From positions 469,701 through 533,700 of the forward strand of contig JAWQFM010000005.1 in the NCBI GenBank assembly GCA_033442325.1: a stretch of DNA of 64,000 bases. The letters run 5' to 3'. Below, piece by piece: positions 52,929-64,000 of the stretch. The notes below the pieces were generated by a model. It saw only the letters and a program-made list of their open reading frames with translations. It made no database searches and had not been told where the DNA came from. The DNA is from Salpingoeca rosetta (lineage: Eukaryota; Protista; Choanoflagellata). Within the stretch, counting starts at the first letter, position 1. Each line of letters opens with the position of its first letter. The translations under genes and the position numbers were made by a program.

Positions 52929-53635
52929 TCAGGTTGGGTTCTTCCAGATGACGTTGGTGTAGAGCATTTGCTGCGGCATTGCCAACTGTGTTGGCACATC
53001 ACGTCTCAAGTCACTCGTGAACAGCATTTGCTGCGGTATTGCGTGGCGCTGCCTGCCTGCCACTGGCAGAGGTGGCTGCTCAGGCTGCGCCTCCGCCACC
53101 ACAGCAGTTCCAGTACTGCGCTCGCGCTTCTGCTTCATGTGCTTGAGCGACGTCTGCAACCTCGCAACATCCGGGTGGCCCTTGCCCAAGTTCTCCTCCT
53201 TGATGCTCAGCGCCTCGTTGTAGTGCCGCGTTGCATCGCTGTCCTCCGCAAGCTCTGCCAGCACATCTGCCAGGCGCTCGTGGCTGTTGGCTGCGTCGAC
53301 GTGGCGGCCACCGAGCAGCTTCACGCGCAGCGCAAGCGCTTCCCTGTGCGTGGCCGCCGCCTCTTCAAGCCGCCGCGCACCGTGAAGGGAGGTGCCGATG
53401 TTGTTGAGCGACGTTGCAACCTGCACGCTCTCCGGCCCGTGCACGCGCTTCAAGGCCGCCATGGCCTCCTTGTGCATGTCGACTGCTGCGTCGTGATCGC
53501 CCTTGCTGTCGAGTACTTTCCCCGCGTTGTTCAGCAGCGCTGCCCGCAGCAACAGCACTTGCTCGGCGTCGGCATTCTTGCCATCGCAGCTATCATCATT
53601 TCCACTGTTGTTGCTGTCATCACTCTCGTCGTAAT

Positions 53636-53670
<35 letters not shown>

Positions 53671-55187
53671 CTGTGGTTGTTGCTGTGGTTGTTGTTGCTG
53701 CCGTCATCGCCACTGTTCTCGTCATTGCTGCTGCTGCTGCTGGACTCGAGGGTGCGCATACGGTCCCACGCCTGGTCGAGCACAGCCTGCGCCTCACGCG
53801 CCTTGTGCTGTGCCAGCAGCAGGCCAGCGTGGTTGTTGAGTGCGCTGATGACCTTGGTGTCTGACGGCGAGAGCTTGGCATCGTAGATGTCCAGTGCGCG
53901 CCGCACATTGGCAATTGCGGCGTCGATGCGGTCAAACTGGCCCTGCACGACAGCAACCTGCAAGCACACGTGCGCATACGCGAGCGACTGCTGATCAGGG
54001 TGACTTGGGAGCGCAGCCTCTGCCGCGTCAAGATACCACTGCCTGAGCTTCTCCTTCACGGCGTAGTTGAAGGCGGAAAAGCCCATGCCGCGGCGGATCG
54101 TGCCGGCAATCATGGTTGCGTCGCTCTGCTTGGTCGCCTCGGCCTTCTCTGCGTCGATGCGAGCGAGCGCTGTTGGCAGCGCAGAGAAGTCTGTCAGAAT
54201 TCCCTCGTGCATGAGCGCCTGTTGGGCGCGTGGCACGCGCACCTCAAACGCCGCCGTCTGCATACCGCAGTTGATTTCCCACAGGCACCACGACCGCTGC
54301 AGAGGCACGGGGTCGTACCACGGGGAGAAGATCACGGCGACGCGACCAATGTCATCAATGGCGGAGGAGAACGTGTTGCTCCAGAAGTCGTGCGGCAGCG
54401 CCGTGGTCGACACCTGGTTGTTGCACACGAGGTCGAACCAGAAGTAGGTCGCTGGGTCCTCTGCTGCCATATCCTGCATGACGCTGGCCACTTCCTCAAA
54501 CGGGAAGCGCCAAGCGTGCGAGATGAACACGGTGGCACGCCCAACCAGCGATCGAGCACCTTGCCCTTGCTGTTGCTGCGTGTTGTTGGTGTCGTGCAGG
54601 CGTCGGAGCTTCGCTCTGATACGGGCCGAGGCGTCCGCGTAAGAAGCTGCGGTGCGCTGCTTGTCCGTGTCGCTTCGAATGGCAGGAGTGGTGTGTGATG
54701 GTGGCTCGTCTGACTGCGATGATGTAGGTGTGTGGGTGTGGGCGTCCTCGTCAGCGACATCCCTGTCGCCGTCGTTATCCGCGGTGACCTCCTCTACCGC
54801 AGTGTCACCGCGACACAGTGACGGCAGCAAAGATCGAGGGCGCAGGCGCCCTGAACGCGGCTGTCCCGGACTGCTTCGTGTGCCACGTGACGCATCCGCT
54901 TGCGTCACTGCGCGCGTGATGAGCTGCGCGAAAGAGCAATCGCTTGCGAATGTGGCGGGAACAACCACATGCTGGCACACGTCTGCCGTTGTCCACGCCT
55001 TCTTCGATGCCTTCTTCGATGCCTCATCCCCGGTTTTCTCCTGCTGCTGATCTTTGACCTTGAGGGCCTGCACTTCTTCCAAGAGCAAGTTGATCACCCT
55101 GATGTCAACGCCAGTCGTCAAGTAGCCGTTTCCATCGTGCTCAAGAGACGCGTACGACGTGCGATCCCGACTGGCACCCACGCCCAT
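52929..55187 (-). CDS. Intronless 752-aa protein: MGxxxS N-terminus, TIR/HET-like domain, kinesin-light-chain-type 42-aa TPR array
   Basis: Single long ORF; motifs TTADVC, ATVFISHAW, YFWFDLVCNNQ, PLQRSWCLWEI; TPR units such as VATSLNNIGTSLHGARRLEEAAATHREALALRVKLLGGRH and ALSIKEENLGKGHPDVA. Confidence 0.88.
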
Positions 55188-55268
55188 GCTGTTGCGTGCT
55201 TGGTTGTCCTACCCACTCGTTGTAGATAATTCACTTCCACATGGTGAATTTTCAGCACAGGACGGACG
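55188..55268. promoter_or_regulatory. Probable minimal bidirectional promoter or overlapping 5' ends between the TPR gene and the oxygenase gene
   Basis: Only 81 bp between divergent predicted ATGs; inferred from geometry. Confidence 0.5.
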
Positions 55269-57360
55269 ATGATGAGCAGGGTCGCAAACAGCAGCAGCAG
55301 TGTTGGTGTTGTGGCAGTGCTGCTGGTTGTGGTGCTTGTTGTCGTTGTTGCTGTTGGAGGGAGCCATGCGGTGGAGAAGGCACGTGATGGAGACAAGGAA
55401 AGGCGCAGTTCTGGAGCTGGAGTGCAGGCGTTTGCTCCTCCCGCAAAGACCGACGTGTTTGCAGACGAACAAGGACAAGATGCGGTTGCTTCACAACAAT
55501 CTGGCAGTGCTGCCGCTGACGCCAGATGTAAGTGTGTTGAGTGCTTGTGTATGTGAGTTGTGTATGTGAGTTGTGTTGCTGTGTTTGGGTGTGCGAGTTG
55601 TGTTGCTGTGTTTGGGTGTGCGAGTGGTGCTGCTGTGTTTGGGTATGCGTTGTATATGTGCGCGCGTTGTGTTATTGTGTTTTGTGTATGCGCCTGAGCG
55701 CAAATTTTGTCACATCACTTTTGATTTGCTGCGTCCAGCGTCACTCACTACTCAACTTCCCTCGTTGCTCACATCGCTGATCGCTGCAACAGTACCAAAG
55801 TACGGCCTGATGCGGATGGAGTGGCAAACACCGATTTATCACGTGGAGGCGAGGAGCTTCGACAGGGCTTTAAGCGACGACAAGCTGCGCACGCTACGAC
55901 AGGTCGTCTTGGCCAACTTCAACTCGTTCGTCGAAGCACACGGCGATGAACTGGTAAACAACAGCTGGGAACACAACGGCGTCAACGACGCCTTCTTCAC
56001 TTGGCAGCGGGAAGGCGGCTGGGAGCGCCGGTTCAAGGACCACCCCATCATCCAGCGATTGCAGCGCCTCTTTCACCTGGTCACAGACACATACCTGCAC
56101 GCCATTGGCGTGTCTCAGGTGAGGATTTCCGCTGTACCTTCCTCTCGACTGCCCTGCACACGTCCATGCCGGAAGGATGGCGTGTGGCAGTGTATTGGAT
56201 CTGCTTTACCAGTGTTTGTTCACGCTTTCATGCTCGCGTGGCTTCCTGTCTCTCTTTGGCGCTGTCTGTTGGCGCCTGTGTATTGTGTGTGTGTGTTTTC
56301 TGCAGGAGACGGTGGAGCAGCGTGATCGGGAGTTGCAGGCATGGGCCACAGTTCATCGAGGGTGTATGGGCCACCCACAGCACACTCACCCAAACAATGT
56401 CAGTATGTGCGCGTGAGAGAGAGAGTGAGTGAGTGAGTGTGAGTGAGTGAGTGTGTGTGTGTGAGTGTGTGTGTACGTGAGTGAGTGAGTCATTATGTGA
56501 GTGAGTGAGTGTATGTGTGCGAGTGAGTGAGTGTGTGTGTGTGTGTGAGTGAGTGAGTAAGTGAGTGAGGCATTATGTGAGTGAGTCATTATGTGAGTGA
56601 GTGAATGAGTGTGTGTTGCTGATGGATTCCACGGGTTGTGCGCAGATGGTATCGGGAGTGTTCTACGTCGCTGTGCCCGAGGACGCGGGGCCAATTGTGT
56701 TCTCTGACCCAAGGTGCGTTTGTGGTGCATGTTGTACGTGTTTGCGTTGCGTTGATGTTGTGTGTTGCTGCCTGTCTGTGTGCCGCGTTGCACGCATACA
56801 TGCATCATTGTCGTACATTAGTGCATGTACTCGGACAACCAAACCTCTCCGTCGTCGATTGCTGCTCAGACATCAGCTTCCTACCCCTTCCCTCATCCGT
56901 GTCACATGCACATGTGATCAGGGGACCGTATCCGGGTCTGGACGGCACGATTGTGGTTCAACCAAAAGCTGGCGACCTCATCTTGTTTCCAAGCTGGCTC
57001 CCGCACCAGGTCATGCCCACCGCCTGCACGGAACCGCGCATCAGCATCGCCTTCAACATGCCAGGTGCTTGTATGCGTGTGTGTGTGTGTTATGTGTGTG
57101 CATGTGTGATGTGTGTGTGTGATATGAGTGAGCGTGTGTATGTGTGTGCGTGTGCTTTGTTTTCGAACTGTGTTGGCAAGAGATGCTTCAGCTTACTCAA
57201 CTCCCGCCCACCCAACACAAACACACACACACACACACACACATACACACGTTCCGCCCACCATCTGCCAAATATTCCACTCTTCACCCATGACACCATG
57301 ACAGGCGACTGGGCCGACACAGCATCAGTTGCTGCGCACTTTCCACTCACATTCAACTGA
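55269..57360 (+). CDS. 2OG-Fe(II) oxygenase (TIGR02466 / 2OG-FeII_Oxy_5-like) with N-terminal signal peptide, 6 exons
   Basis: [23 protein letters not shown] signal-like segment; WQTPIY; [20 protein letters not shown]|[23 protein letters not shown]|G...[19 protein letters not shown]...RISIAFN is the family signature (HxH...H...R). Confidence 0.88.
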
Positions 57361-57820
57361 TGCACACATACACGCACAAACATGCACACAGACACACAGA
57401 CACACACACAAGCACACAGACACAAGCACACAGACACACACGCACGCACACGCACACACAGACACACAGATACACAGACACACACACACACACACACACA
57501 GACACACACACACGCACACGCACACGCACACACAGACACCACACGAGAGCAAGGCCCAGCCACACACAAGCGACCCGTCATGCTGGCATGGATTGGTGTG
57601 CCTTTATGGTTATGGGGACGTTTAGTCAGACAGTAAGGATACACGAACCAATAGACAATGCATCACACGCTAATGAAAGGCACAAATGGAGGGTGGGAAA
57701 GAAGGGGAAGAGCGAGAGGGGGGGGGGGCGCTGAGGGAGAAAGGAGAATTTCGGGAAGGCAAGACCACGAAGGTTTGCACGCCACACAACCACCGACTTG
57801 TTGCAACACGAAATGCAAGC

Positions 57821-64000
<6,180 letters not shown>

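Overview
Gene-dense, intron-rich eukaryotic DNA saturated with (CA/GT)n microsatellites and containing four 100-N scaffold gaps. It is most likely a choanoflagellate such as Salpingoeca rosetta; this is inferred from repeat style, intron density and gene content, not from a database match. Most six-frame ORFs are repeat artefacts (HT/VC runs), so genes were rebuilt by hand from exon fragments and GT-AG phase. Recognisable genes in order: Nup133 (-), an intronless coiled-coil + 7-repeat beta-propeller surface protein (-), an RS/Lys-rich protein (-), RPP30 (-), SLC35B2/PAPST1 lacking its central exons (+), a tail-divergent histone H3 (+), two orphan multi-exon genes (-), a divergent eIF4A-like helicase (-), a third orphan (-), CTNNBL1 (-), POLD2 (-), SMG8 (+), an intronless putatively myristoylated TIR/HET-like + TPR protein (-) head-to-head with a signal-peptide 2OG-Fe(II) oxygenase (+), and the 3' part of a UBR-family (UBR3-like) E3 ligase (-). 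Best candidates for new biology: the TIR/HET-TPR protein and its divergent partner, the H3 variant with two tail insertions, the propeller protein, and a polarised (UG)n-near-donor / (CA)n-near-acceptor intron architecture.
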